Assembly (NCBI RefSeq): GCF_009914755.1
Contig: NC_060940.1
Length of the DNA: 64,000 bases
Source: the human T2T-CHM13v2.0 reference genome, Homo sapiens
Strand: one strand, 5' to 3'
In this document: one piece after another, positions 38,301 through 53,300 of the stretch
How the letters are laid out: each line of letters opens with the position of its first letter
Numbering within the stretch: the first letter of the stretch is position 1
Position numbers and translations under genes: made by a program
The notes under the pieces: model-generated
Database searches by the model: none
Told to the model about the DNA's origin: nothing
What the model saw: the letters and a program-made list of their open reading frames with translations, nothing else

Positions 38301-41300
38301 ATAAAAACAAGACAAACTCGTTCCCAGACACTGCGTAGTGATGTGTGTGTTTAACTCACAGAGTTTAACCTTTCTTTTCATACAGCATTCTGGAAACCCT
38401 GTGTTTGTAAAGTCTGCAAGTGGATATTTGGACCTCTTAGATGCCTTCGTTGGAAACGGGATTTCTTCATATAATGCTAGAGGGAAGAATTCTTAGTAAC
38501 TTCTTTGTGTTGTGTGTATTCAACTGACAGAGTTGAACCTTCCTTTAGACAGAGCAGATTTGAAAGTCTCTTTTTGTGGAATTTGCAAGTGGAGATTTCA
38601 AGCGCTTTGAGGCCAAAAGCAGAAAAGGAAATATTTTCCTATAAAAACTCGACAGAATCTTTCTCAGAAACTGCTCTGGGATGTGTGCGTTCAACTCACA
38701 GAGTTTAACTTTTCTTTTCATTCAGCAGTTTGGAAACACTCTGTTTGGAAAGTCTGCACGTGGATATTTTGACCTCTTTGAAGCCTTCGTTGGAAACGGG
38801 TTTTTTTCATGTAAGGCTAGACAGAAGAAATCTCAGTAACTTCCTTGTGTTGTGTGTATTCAACTGACAGAGTTGAACCTTCCTTTAGACAGAGGAGATT
38901 CGAAACACTCTTTTTCTGCAATTTGCAAGTGGAGACTTCAAGCGCTTTGAGGCCAAAGGCAGAAAAGGAAATATCTTCGTATAAAAACCCGACAGAATCA
39001 TTCTCAGAAACTGCTCTGTGATGTGTGCGTTCAACTCACAGAGTTTAACTTTTCTTTTCATTCAGCAGTTTGGAAACACTCTGTTTGTAAAGTCTGCAAG
39101 TGGATATCTTGGCCTCTTAGAGGCCTTCGTTGGAAACGGGTTTTTTCATGTAAGGATAGACAGAGGAATTCCCAGTAACTTCCTTGTGTTGTGTGCATTC
39201 AACTCACAGAGTTGAATGATTCTTTACACAGAGCAGATTTGAGACACTCTTTTGGTGGAATTTGTAAGTGGAGAATTCAGCCGCTTTGAGGTCAACGGTA
39301 GAAAAGGAAATATCTTCGTATAAAAACTAGACAGAATGATTCTCAGAAACTGTTTTGTGATGTGTGCGTTCAACTCACAGAGTTTAACCTTTCTTTTCAA
39401 AGAGCAGTTAGGAAACACTCTGTTTGTAAAGTCTGCAAGTGGATATTCAGACCTCTTTGAGGCCTTCGTTGGAAACGGGATTTCTTCATATTATGCTAGA
39501 CAGATGAATTCTCAGTAACTTCCTTGTGTTGTGTGTATTCAACTCACAGAGTTGAACGATCCTTTACACAGAGCAGATTTGAAACACTGTTTTTCTGGAA
39601 TTTGCAAGTGGAGATTTCAGCCGCTTTGAGGTCAATGGTAGAAAAGGAAATATCTTCGTATAAAAACTAGACAGAATGATTCTCAGAAACTCCTTTGTGA
39701 TGTGTGCGTTCAACTCACAGAGTTTAACCTTTCTTTTCACAGAGCAGTTAGGAAACACTCTGTTTGTGAAGCCTGCCAGTGGATATTCGGACCTCTTTGA
39801 GGCCTTCGTTGGAAACGGGATTTCTTCATATTATGCTAGACAGAAGATTTCTCAGTAACTTCTTTGTGTTGTGTGTATGCAACTCACAGAGTTCAACCTT
39901 CCTTTAGACAGAGCAGATTTGAAACACTCTTTTTGTGGAATTTGCAAGTGGAGATTTCAAGCGCTTCGATGCCAATGGTAGAAAAGGAAATATCTTCGTA
40001 TAAAAACAAGACAAACTCGTTCCCAGACACTGCGTAGTGATGTGTGTGTTTAACTCACAGAGTTTAACCTTTCTTTTCATACAGCATTCTGGAAACCCTG
40101 TGTTTGTAAAGTCTGCAAGTGGATATTTGGACCTCTTAGATGCCTTCGTTGGAAACGGGATTTCTTCATATAATGCTAGAGGGAAGAATTCTTAGTAACT
40201 TCTTTGTGTTGTGTGTATTCAACTGACAGAGTTGAACCTTCCTTTAGACAGAGCAGATTTGAAAGTCTCTTTTTGTGGAATTTGCAAGTGGAGATTTCAA
40301 GCGCTTTGAGGCCAAAAGCAGAAAAGGAAATATTTTCCTATAAAAACTCGACAGAATCTTTCTCAGAAACTGCTCTGGGATGTGTGCGTTCAACTCACAG
40401 AGTTTAACTTTTCTTTTCATTCAGCAGTTTGGAAACACTCTGTTTGGAAAGTCTGCACGTGGATATTTTGACCTCTTTGAGGCCTTCGTTGGAAACGGGT
40501 TTTTTTCATGTAAGGCTAGACAGAAGAAATCTCAGTAACTTCCTTGTGTTGTGTGTATTCAACTGACAGAGTTGAACCTTCCTTTAGACAGAGCAGATTC
40601 GAAACACTCTTTTTCTGCAATTTGCAAGTGGAGACTTCAAGCGATTTGAGGCCAAAGGCAGAAAAGGAAATATCTTCGTATAAAAACCCGACAGAATCAT
40701 TCTCAGAAACTGCTCTGTGATGTGTGCGTTCAGCTCACAGAGTTTAACTTTTCTTTTCATTCAGCAGTTTGGAAACACTCTGTTTGTAAAGTCTGCAAGT
40801 GGATATCTTGGCCTCTTAGAGGCCTTCGTTGGAAACGGGTTTTTTCATGTAAGGATAGACAGAGGAATTCCCAGTAACTTCCTTGTGTTGTGTGCATTCA
40901 ACTCACAGAGTTGAATGATTCTTTACACAGAGGAGATTTGAGACACTCTTTTGGTGGAATTTGTAAGTGGAGAATTCAGCCGCTTTGAGGTCAACGGTAG
41001 AAAAGGAAATATCTTCGTATAAAAACTAGACAGAATGATTATCAGAAACTGTTTTGTGATGTGTGCGTTCAACTCACAGAGTTTAACCTTTCTTTTCAAA
41101 GAGCAGTTAGGAAACACTCTGTTTGTAAAGTCTGCAAGTGGATATTCAGACCTCTTTGAGGCCTTCGTTGGAAACGGGATTTCTTCATATTATGCTAGAC
41201 AGATGAATTCTCAGTAACTTCCTTGTGTTGTGTGTATTCAACTCACAGAGTTGAACGATCCTTTACACAGAGCAGATTTGAAACACTGTTTTTCTGGAAT

Positions 41301-44300
41301 TTGCAAGTGGAGATTTCAGCCGCTTTGAGGTCAATGGTAGAAAAGGAAATATCTTCGTATAAAAACTAGACAGAATGATTCTCAGAAACTCCTTTGTGAT
41401 GTGTGCGTTCAACTCACAGAGTTTAACCTTTCTTTTCACTGAGCAGTTAGGAAACACTCTGTTTGTGAAGCCTGCCAGTGGATAATCGGACCTCTTTGAG
41501 GCCTTCGTTGGAAACGGGATTTCTTCATATTTTGCTAGACAGAAGATTTCTCAGTAACTTCTTTGTGTTGTGTGTATGCAACTCACAGAGTTCAACCTTC
41601 CTTTAGAGAGAGCATATTTGAAACACTCTTTTTGTGGAATTTGCAAGTGGAGATTTCAAGCGCTTCGATGCCAATGGTAGAAAAGGAAATATCTTCGTAT
41701 AAAAACAAGACAAACTCGTTCCCAGACACTGCGTAGTGATGTGTGTGTTTAACTCACAGAGTTTAACCTTTCTTTTCATACAGCATTCTGGAAACCCTGT
41801 GTTTGTAAAGTCTGCAAGTGGATATTTGGACCTCTTAGATGCCTTCGTTGGAAACGGGATTTCTTCATATAATGCTAGAGGGAAGAATTCTTAGTAACTT
41901 CTTTGTGTTGTGTGTATTCAACTGACAGAGTTGAACCTTCCTTTAGACAGAGCAGATTTGAAAGTCTCTTTCTGTGGAATTTGCAAGTGGAGATTTCAAG
42001 CGCTTTGAGGCCAAAAGCAGAAAAGGAAATATTTTCCTATAAAAACTCGACAGAATCTTTCTCAGAAACTGCTCTGGGATGTGTGCGTTCAACTCACAGA
42101 GTTTAACTTTTCTTTTCATTCAGCAGTTTGGAAACACTCTGTTTGGAAAGTCTGCACGTGGATATTTTGACCTCTTTGAGGCCTTCGTTGGAAACGGGTT
42201 TTTTTCATGTAAGGCTAGACAGAAGAAATCTCAGTAACTTCCTTGTGTTGTGTGTATTCAACTGACAGAGTTGAACCTTCCTTTAGACAGAGCAGATTCG
42301 AAACACTCTTTTTCTGCAATTTGCAAGTGGAAACTTCAAGCGCTTTGAGGCCAAAGGCAGAAAAGGAAATATCTTCGTATAAAAACCCGACAGAATCACT
42401 CTCAGAAACTGCTCTGTGATGTGTGCGTTCAACTCACAGAGTTTAACTTTTCTTTTCATTCAGCAGTTTGGAAACACTCTGTTTGTAAAGTCTGCAAGTG
42501 GATATCTTGGCCTCTTAGAGGCCTTCGTTGGAAACGGGTTTTTTCATGTAAGGTTAGACAGAGGAATTCCCAGTAACTTCCTTGTGTTGTGTGCATTCAA
42601 CTCACAGAGTTGAATGATTCTTTACACAGAGTAGATTTGAGACACTCTTTTGGTGGAATTTGTAAGTGGAGAATTCAGCCGCTTTGAGGTCAACGGTAGA
42701 AAAGGAAATATCTTCGTATAAAAACTAGACAGAATGATTCTCAGAAACTGTTTTGTGATGTGTGCGTTCAACTCACAGAGTTTAACCTTTCTTTTCAAAG
42801 AGCAGTTAGGAAACACTCTGTTTGTAAAGTCTGCAAGTGGATATTCAGACCTCTTTGAGGCCTTCGTTGGAAACGGGATTTCTTCATATTATGCTAGACA
42901 GATGAATTCTCAGTAACTTCCTTGTGTTGTGTGTATTCAACTCACAGAGTTGAACGATCCTTTACACAGAGCAGATTTGAAACACTGTTTTTCTGGAATT
43001 TGCAAGTGGAGATTTCAGCCGCTTTGAGGTCACTGGTAGAAAAGGAAATATCTTCGTATAAAAACTAGACAGAATGATTCTCAGAAACTCCTTTGTGATG
43101 TGTGCGTTCAACTCACAGAGTTTAACCTTTCTTTTCACAGAGCAGTTAGGAAACACTCTGTTTGTGAAGCCTGCCAGTGGATATTCGGACCTCTTTGAGG
43201 CCTTCGTTGGAAACGGGATTTCTTCATATTATGCTAGACAGAAGATTTCTCAGTAACTTCTTTGTGTTGTGTGTATGCAACTCACAGAGTTCAACCTTCC
43301 TTTAGACAGAGCAGATTTGAAACACTCTTTTTGTGGAATTTGCAAGTGGAGATTTCAAGCGCTTCGATGCCAATGGTAGAAAAGGAAATATCTTCGTATA
43401 AAAACAAGACAAACTCGTTCCCAGACACTGCGTAGTGATGTGTGTGTTTAACTCACAGAGATTAACCTTTCTTTTCATACAGCATTCTGGAAACCCTGTG
43501 TTTGTAAAGTCTGCAAGTGGATATTTGGACCTCTTAGATGCCTTCGTTGGAAACGGGATTTCTTCATATAATGCTAGAGGGAAGAATTCTTAGTAACTTC
43601 TTTGTGTTGTGTGTATTCAACTGACAGAGTTGAACCTTCCTTTAGACAGAGCAGATTTGAAAGTCTCTTTCTGTGGAATTTGCAAGTGGAGATTTCAAGC
43701 GCTTTGAGGCCAAAAGCAGAAAAGGAAATATTTTCCTATAAAAACTCGACAGAATCTTTCTCAGAAACTGCTCTGGGATGTGTGCGTTCAACTCACAGAG
43801 TTTAACTTTTCTTTTCATTCAGCAGTTTGGAAACACTCTGTTTGGAAAGTCTGCACGTGGATATTTTGACCTCTTTGAGGCCTTCGTTGGAAACGGGTTT
43901 TTTTCATGTAAGGCTAGACAGAAGAAATCTCAGTAACTTCCTTGTGTTGTGTGTATTCAACTGACAGAGTTGAACCTTCCTTTAGACAGAGCAGATTCGA
44001 AACACTCTTTTTCTGCAATTTGCAAGTGGAAACTTCAAGCGCTTTGAGGCCAAAGGCAGAAAAGGAAATATCTTCGTATAAAAACCCGACAGAATCACTC
44101 TCAGAAACTGCTCTGTGATGTGTGCGTTCAACTCACAGAGTTTAACTTTTCTTTTCATTCAGCAGTTTGGAAACACTCTGTTTGTAAAGTCTGCAAGTGG
44201 ATATCTTGGCCTCTTAGAGGCCTTCGTTGGAAACGGGTTTTTTCATGTAAGGTTAGACAGAGGAATTCCCAGTAACTTCCTTGTGTTGTGTGCATTCAAC

Positions 44301-47300
44301 TCACAGAGTTGAATGATTCTTTACACAGAGCAGATTTGAGACACTCTTTTGGTGGAATTTGTAAGTGGAGAATTCAGCCGCTTTGAGGTCAACGGTAGAA
44401 AAGGAAATATCTTCGTATAAAAACTAGACAGAATGATTCTCAGAAACTGTTTTGTGATGTGTGCGTTCAACTCACAGAGTTTAACCTTTCTTTTCAAAGA
44501 GCAGTTAGGAAACACTCTGTTTGTAAAGTCTGCAAGTGGATATTCAGACCTCTTTGAGGCCTTCGTTGGAAACGGGATTTCTTCATATTATGCTAGACAG
44601 ATGAATTCTCAGTAACTTCCTTGTGTTGTGTGTATTCAACTCACAGAGTTGAACGATCCTTTACACAGAGCAGATTTGAAACACTGTTTTTCTGGAATTT
44701 GCAAGTGGAGATTTCAGCCGCTTTGAGGTCAATGGTAGAAAAGGAAATATCTTCGTATAAAAACTAGACAGAATGATTCTCAGAAACTCCTTTGTGATGT
44801 GTGCATTCAACTCACAGAGTTTAACCATTCTTTTCACAGAGCAGTTAGGAAACACTCTGTTTGTGAAGCCTGCCAGTGGATATTCGGACCTCTTTGAGGC
44901 CTTCGTTGGAAACGGGATTTCTTCCTATTATGCTAGACAGAAGATTTCTCAGTAACTTCTTTGGGTTGTGTGTATGCAACTCACAAAGTTCAACCTTCCT
45001 TTAGACAGAGCAGATTTGAAACACTCTTTTTGTGGAATTTGCAAGTGGAGATTTCAAACGCTTCGATGCCAATGGTAGAAAAGGAAATATCTTCGTATAA
45101 AAACAAGACAAACTCATTCCCAGACACTGCGTAGTGATGTGTGTGTTTAACTCACAGAGTTTAACCTTTCTTTTCATACAGCATTCTGGAAACCCTCTGT
45201 TTGTAAAGTCTGCAAGTGGATATTTGGACCTCTTAGATGCCTTCGTTGGAAACGGGATTTCTTCATATAATGCTAGAGGGAAGAATTCTTAGTAACTTCT
45301 TTGTGTTGTGTGTATTCAACTGACAGAGTTGAACCTTCCTTTAGACAGAGCAGATTTGAAAGTCTCTTTTTGTGGAATTTGCAAGTGGAGATTTCAAGCG
45401 CTTTGAGGCCAAAAGCAGAAAAGGAAATATTTTCCTATAAAAACTCGACAGAATCTTTCTCAGAAACTGCTGTGGGATGTGTGCGTTCAACTCACAGAGT
45501 TTAACTTTTCTTTTCATTCAGCAGTTTGGAAACACTCTGTTTGGAAAGTCTGCACGTGGATATTTTGACCTCTTTGAGGCCTTCGTTGGAAACGGGTTTT
45601 TTTCATGTAAGGCTAGACAGAAGAAATCTCAGTAACTTCCTTGTGTTGTGTGTATTCAACTGACAGAGTTGAACCTTCCTTTAGACAGAGCAGATTCGAA
45701 ACACTCTTTTTCTGCAATTTGCAAGTGGAGACTTCAAGCGATTTGAGGCCAAAGGCAGAAAAGGAAATATCTTCGTATAAAAACCCGACAGAATCATTCT
45801 CAGAAACTGCTCTGTGATGTGTGCGTTCAACTCACAGAGTTTAACTTTTCTTTTCATTCAGCAGTTTGGAAACACTCTGTTTGTAAAGTCTGCAAGTGGA
45901 TATCTTGGCCTCTTAGAGGCCTTCGTTGGAAACGGGTTTTTTCATGTAAGGATAGACAGAGGAATTCCCAGTAACTTCCTTGTGTTGTGTGCATTCAACT
46001 CACAGAGTTGAATGATTCTTTACACAGAGCAGATTTGAGACACTCTTTTGGTGGAATTTGTAAGTGGAGAATTCAGCCGCTTTGAGGTCAACGGTAGAAA
46101 AGGAAATATCTTCGTATAAAAACTAGACAGAATGATTATCAGAAACTGTTTTGTGATGTGTGCGTTCAACTCACAGAGTTTAACCTTTCTTTTCAAAGAG
46201 CAGTTAGGAAACACTCTGTTTGTAAAGTCTGCAAGTGGATATTCAGACCTCTTTGAGGCCTTCGTTGGAAACGGGATTTCTTCATATTATGCTAGACAGA
46301 TGAATTCTCAGTAACTTCCTTGTGTTGTGTGTATTCAACTCACAGAGTTGAACGATCCTTTACACAGAGCAGATTTGAAACACTGTTTTTCTGGAATTTG
46401 CAAGTGGAGATTTCAGCCGCTTTGAGGTCAATGGTAGAAAAGGAAATATCTTCGTATAAAAACTAGACAGAATGATTCTCAGAAACTCCTTTGTGATGTG
46501 TGCGATCAACTCACAGAGTTTAACCTTTCTTTTCACTGAGCAGTTAGGAAACACTCTGTTTGTGAAGCCTGCCAGTGGATAATCGGACCTCTTTGAGGCC
46601 TTCGTTGGAAACGGGATTTCTTCATATTATGCTAGACAGAAGATTTCTCAGTAACTTCTTTGTGTTGTGTGTATGCAACTCACAGAGTTCAACCTTCCTT
46701 TAGAGAGAGCATATTTGAAACACTCTTTTTGTGGAATTTGCAAGTGGAGATTTCAAGCGCTTCGATGCCAATGGTAGAAAAGGAAATATCTTCGTATAAA
46801 AACAAGACAAACTCGTTCCCAGACACTGCGTAGTGATGTGTGTGTTTAACTCACAGAGTTTAACCTTTCTTTTCATACAGCATTCTGGAAACCCTGTGTT
46901 TGTAAAGTCTGCAAGTGGATATTTGGACCTCTTAGATGCCTTCGTTGGAAACGGGATTTCTTCATATAATGCTAGAGGGAAGAATTCTTAGTAACTTCTT
47001 TGTGTTGTGTGTATTCAACTGACAGAGTTGAACCTTCCTTTAGACAGAGCAGATTTGAAAGTCTCTTTCTGTGGAATTTGCAAGTGGAGATTTCAAGCGC
47101 TTTGAGGCCAAAAGCAGAAAAGGAAATATTTTCCTATAAAAACTCGACAGAATCTTTCTCAGAAACTGCTCTGGGATGTGTGCGTTCAACTCACAGAGTT
47201 TAACTTTTCTTTTCATTCAGCAGTTTGGAAACACTCTGTTTGGAAAGTCTGCACGTGGATATTTTGACCTCTTTGAGGCCTTCGTTGGAAACGGGTTTTT

Positions 47301-50300
47301 TTCATGTAAGGCTAGACAGAAGAAATCTCAGTAACTTCCTTGTGTTGTGTGTATTCAACTGACAGAGTTGAACCTTCCTTTAGACAGAGCAGATTCGAAA
47401 CACTCTTTTTCTGCAATTTGCAAGTGGAAACTTCAAGCGCTTTGAGGCCAAAGGCAGAAAAGGAAATATCTTCGTATAAAAACCCGACAGAATCACTCTC
47501 AGAAACTGCTCTGTGATGTGTGCGTTCAACTCACAGAGTTTAACTTTTCTTTTCATTCAGCAGTTTGGAAACACTCTGTTTGTAAAGTCTGCAAGTGGAT
47601 ATCTTGGCCTCTTAGAGGCCTTCGTTGGAAACGGGTTTTTTCATGTAAGGTTAGACAGAGGAATTCCCAGTAACTTCCTTGTGTTGTGTGCATTCAACTC
47701 ACAGAGTTGAATGATTCTTTACACAGAGCAGATTTGAGACACTCTTTTGGTGGAATTTGTAAGTGGAGAATTCAGCCGCTTTGAGGTCAACGGTAGAAAA
47801 GGAAATATCTTCGTATAAAAACTAGACAGAATGATTCTCAGAAACTGTTTTGTGATGTGTGCGTTCAACTCACAGAGTTTAACCTTTCTTTTCAAAGAGC
47901 AGTTAGGAAACACTCTGTTTGTAAAGTCTGCAAGTGGATATTCAGACCTCTTTGAGGCCTTCGTTGGAAACGGGATTTCTTCATATTATGCTAGACAGAT
48001 GAATTCTCAGTAACTTCCTTGTGTTGTGTGTATTCAACTCACAGAGTTGAACGATCCTTTACACAGAGCAGATTTGAAACACTGTTTTTCTGGAATTTGC
48101 AAGTGGAGATTTCAGCCGCTTTGAGGTCAATGGTAGAAAAGGAAATATCTTCGTATAAAAACTAGACAGAATGATTCTCAGAAACTCCTTTGTGATGTGT
48201 GCGTTCAACTCACAGAGTTTAACCTTTCTCTTCACAGAGCAGTTAGGAAACACTCTGTTTGTGAAGCCTGCCAGTGGATAATCGGACCTCTTTGAGGCCT
48301 TCGTTGGAAACGGGATTTCTTCATATTATGCTAGACAGAAGATTTCTCAGTAACTTCTTTGGGTTGTGTGTATGCAACTCACAGAGTTCAACCTTCCTTT
48401 AGACAGAGCAGATTTGAAACACTCTTTTTGTGGAATTTGCAAGTGGAGATTTCAAGCGCTTCGATGCCAATGGTAGAAAAGGAAATATCTTCGTATAAAA
48501 ACAAGACAAACTCGTTCCCAGACACTGCGTAGTGATGTGTGTGTTTAACTCACAGAGTTTAACCTTTCTTTTCATACAGCATTCTGGAAACCCTGTGTTT
48601 GTAAAGTCTGCAAGTGGATATTTGGACCTCTTAGATGCCTTCGTTGGAAACGGGATTTCTTCATATAATGCTAGAGGGAAGAATTCTTAGTAACTTCTTT
48701 GTGTTGTGTGTATTCAACTGACAGAGTTGAACCTTCCTTTAGACAGAGCAGATTTGAAAGTCTCTTTTTGTGGAATTTGCAAGTGGAGATTTCAAGCGCT
48801 TTGAGGCCAAAAGCAGAAAAGGAAATATTTTCCTATAAAAACTCGACAGAATCTTTCTCAGAAACTGCTCTGGGATGTGTGCGTTCAACTCACAGAGTTT
48901 AACTTTTCTTTTCATTCAGCAGTTTGGAAACACTCTGTTTGGAAAGTCTGCACGTGGATATTTTGACCTCTTTGAGGCCTTCGTTGGAAACGGGTTTTTT
49001 TCATGTAAGGCTAGACAGAAGAAATCTCAGTAACTTCCTTGTGTTGTGTGTATTCAACTGACAGAGTTGAACCTTCCTTTAGACAGAGCAGATTCGAAAC
49101 ACTCTTTTTCTGCAATTTGCAAGTGGAGACTTCAAGCGATTTGAGGCCAAAGGCAGAAAAGGAAATATCTTCGTATAAAAACCCGACAGAATCATTCTCA
49201 GAAACTGCTCTGTGATGTGTGCGTTCAGCTCACAGAGTTTAACTTTTCTTTTCATTCAGCAGTTTGGAAACACTCTGTTTGTAAAGTCTGCAAGTGGATA
49301 TCTTGGCCTCTTAGAGGCCTTCGTTGGAAACGGGTTTTTTCATGTAAGGATAGACAGAGGAATTCCCAGTAACTTCCTTGTGTTGTGTGCATTCAACTCA
49401 CAGAGTTGAATGATTCTTTACACAGAGGAGATTTGAGACACTCTTTTGGTGGAATTTGTAAGTGGAGAATTCAGCCGCTTTGAGGTCAACGGTAGAAAAG
49501 GAAATATCTTCGTATAAAAACTAGACAGAATGATTATCAGAAACTGTTTTGTGATGTGTGCGTTCAACTCACAGAGTTTAACCTTTCTTTTCAAAGAGCA
49601 GTTAGGAAACACTCTGTTTGTAAAGTCTGCAAGTGGATATTCAGACCTCTTTGAGGCCTTCGTTGGAAACGGGATTTCTTCATATTATGCTAGACAGATG
49701 AATTCTCAGTAACTTCCTTGTGTTGTGTGTATTCAACTCACAGAGTTGAACGATCCTTTACACAGAGCAGATTTGAAACACTGTTTTTCTGGAATTTGCA
49801 AGTGGAGATTTCAGCCGCTTTGAGGTCAATGGTAGAAAAGGAAATATCTTCGTATAAAAACTAGACAGAATGATTCTCAGAAACTCCTTTGTGATGTGTG
49901 CGTTCAACTCACAGAGTTTAACCTTTCTTTTCACTGAGCAGTTAGGAAACACTCTGTTTGTGAAGCCTGCCAGTGGATAATCGGACCTCTTTGAGGCCTT
50001 CGTTGGAAACGGGATTTCTTCATATTTTGCTAGACAGAAGATTTCTCAGTAACTTCTTTGTGTTGTGTGTATGCAACTCACAGAGTTCAACCTTCCTTTA
50101 GAGAGAGCATATTTGAAACACTCTTTTTGTGGAATTTGCAAGTGGAGATTTCAAGCGCTTCGATGCCAATGGTAGAAAAGGAAATATCTTCGTATAAAAA
50201 CAAGACAAACTCGTTCCCAGACACTGCGTAGTGATGTGTGTGTTTAACTCACAGAGTTTAACCTTTCTTTTCATACAGCATTCTGGAAACCCTGTGTTTG

Positions 50301-53300
50301 TAAAGTCTGCAAGTGGATATTTGGACCTCTTAGATGCCTTCGTTGGAAACGGGATTTCTTCATATAATGCTAGAGGGAAGAATTCTTAGTAACTTCTTTG
50401 TGTTGTGTGTATTCAACTGACAGAGTTGAACCTTCCTTTAGACAGAGCAGATTTGAAAGTCTCTTTCTGTGGAATTTGCAAGTGGAGATTTCAAGCGCTT
50501 TGAGGCCAAAAGCAGAAAAGGAAATATTTTCCTATAAAAACTCGACAGAATCTTTCTCAGAAACTGCTCTGGGATGTGTGCGTTCAACTCACAGAGTTTA
50601 ACTTTTCTTTTCATTCAGCAGTTTGGAAACACTCTGTTTGGAAAGTCTGCACGTGGATATTTTGACCTCTTTGAGGCCTTCGTTGGAAACGGGTTTTTTT
50701 CATGTAAGGCTAGACAGAAGAAATCTCAGTAACTTCCTTGTGTTGTGTGTATTCAACTGACAGAGTTGAACCTTCCTTTAGACAGAGCAGATTCGAAACA
50801 CTCTTTTTCTGCAATTTGCAAGTGGAAACTTCAAGCGCTTTGAGGCCAAAGGCAGAAAAGGAAATATCTTCGTATAAAAACCCGACAGAATCACTCTCAG
50901 AAACTGCTCTGTGATGTGTGCGTTCAACTCACAGAGTTTAACTTTTCTTTTCATTCAGCAGTTTGGAAACACTCTGTTTGTAAAGTCTGCAAGTGGATAT
51001 CTTGGCCTCTTAGAGGCCTTCGTTGGAAACGGGTTTTTTCATGTAAGGTTAGACAGAGGAATTCCCAGTAACTTCCTTGTGTTGTGTGCATTCAACTCAC
51101 AGAGTTGAATGATTCTTTACACAGAGTAGATTTGAGACACTCTTTTGGTGGAATTTGTAAGTGGAGAATTCAGCCGCTTTGAGGTCAACGGTAGAAAAGG
51201 AAATATCTTCGTATAAAAACTAGACAGAATGATTCTCAGAAACTGTTTTGTGATGTGTGCGTTCAACTCACAGAGTTTAACCTTTCTTTTCAAAGAGCAG
51301 TTAGGAAACACTCTGTTTGTAAAGTCTGCAAGTGGATATTCAGACCTCTTTGAGGCCTTCGTTGGAAACGGGATTTCTTCATATTATGCTAGACAGATGA
51401 ATTCTCAGTAACTTCCTTGTGTTGTGTGTATTCAACTCACAGAGTTGAACGATCCTTTACACAGAGCAGATTTGAAACACTGTTTTTCTGGAATTTGCAA
51501 GTGGAGATTTCAGCCGCTTTGAGGTCACTGGTAGAAAAGGAAATATCTTCGTATAAAAACTAGACAGAATGATTCTCAGAAACTCCTTTGTGATGTGTGC
51601 GTTCAACTCACAGAGTTTAACCTTTCTTTTCACAGAGCAGTTAGGAAACACTCTGTTTGTGAAGCCTGCCAGTGGATATTCGGACCTCTTTGAGGCCTTC
51701 GTTGGAAACGGGATTTCTTCATATTATGCTAGACAGAAGATTTCTCAGTAACTTCTTTGTGTTGTGTGTATGCAACTCACAGAGTTCAACCTTCCTTTAG
51801 ACAGAGCAGATTTGAAACACTCTTTTTGTGGAATTTGCAAGTGGAGATTTCAAGCGCTTCGATGCCAATGGTAGAAAAGGAAATATCTTCGTATAAAAAC
51901 AAGACAAACTCGTTCCCAGACACTGCGTAGTGATGTGTGTGTTTAACTCACAGAGATTAACCTTTCTTTTCATACAGCATTCTGGAAACCCTGTGTTTGT
52001 AAAGTCTGCAAGTGGATATTTGGACCTCTTAGATGCCTTCGTTGGAAACGGGATTTCTTCATATAATGCTAGAGGGAAGAATTCTTAGTAACTTCTTTGT
52101 GTTGTGTGTATTCAACTGACAGAGTTGAACCTTCCTTTAGACAGAGCAGATTTGAAAGTCTCTTTCTGTGGAATTTGCAAGTGGAGATTTCAAGCGCTTT
52201 GAGGCCAAAAGCAGAAAAGGAAATATTTTCCTATAAAAACTCGACAGAATCTTTCTCAGAAACTGCTCTGGGATGTGTGCGTTCAACTCACAGAGTTTAA
52301 CTTTTCTTTTCATTCAGCAGTTTGGAAACACTCTGTTTGGAAAGTCTGCACGTGGATATTTTGACCTCTTTGAGGCCTTCGTTGGAAACGGGTTTTTTTC
52401 ATGTAAGGCTAGACAGAAGAAATCTCAGTAACTTCCTTGTGTTGTGTGTATTCAACTGACAGAGTTGAACCTTCCTTTAGACAGAGCAGATTCGAAACAC
52501 TCTTTTTCTGCAATTTGCAAGTGGAAACTTCAAGCGCTTTGAGGCCAAAGGCAGAAAAGGAAATATCTTCGTATAAAAACCCGACAGAATCACTCTCAGA
52601 AACTGCTCTGTGATGTGTGCGTTCAACTCACAGAGTTTAACTTTTCTTTTCATTCAGCAGTTTGGAAACACTCTGTTTGTAAAGTCTGCAAGTGGATATC
52701 TTGGCCTCTTAGAGGCCTTCGTTGGAAACGGGTTTTTTCATGTAAGGTTAGACAGAGGAATTCCCAGTAACTTCCTTGTGTTGTGTGCATTCAACTCACA
52801 GAGTTGAATGATTCTTTACACAGAGCAGATTTGAGACACTCTTTTGGTGGAATTTGTAAGTGGAGAATTCAGCCGCTTTGAGGTCAACGGTAGAAAAGGA
52901 AATATCTTCGTATAAAAACTAGACAGAATGATTCTCAGAAACTGTTTTGTGATGTGTGCGTTCAACTCACAGAGTTTAACCTTTCTTTTCAAAGAGCAGT
53001 TAGGAAACACTCTGTTTGTAAAGTCTGCAAGTGGATATTCAGACCTCTTTGAGGCCTTCGTTGGAAACGGGATTTCTTCATATTATGCTAGACAGATGAA
53101 TTCTCAGTAACTTCCTTGTGTTGTGTGTATTCAACTCACAGAGTTGAACGATCCTTTACACAGAGCAGATTTGAAACACTGTTTTTCTGGAATTTGCAAG
53201 TGGAGATTTCAGCCGCTTTGAGGTCAATGGTAGAAAAGGAAATATCTTCGTATAAAAACTAGACAGAATGATTCTCAGAAACTCCTTTGTGATGTGTGCA

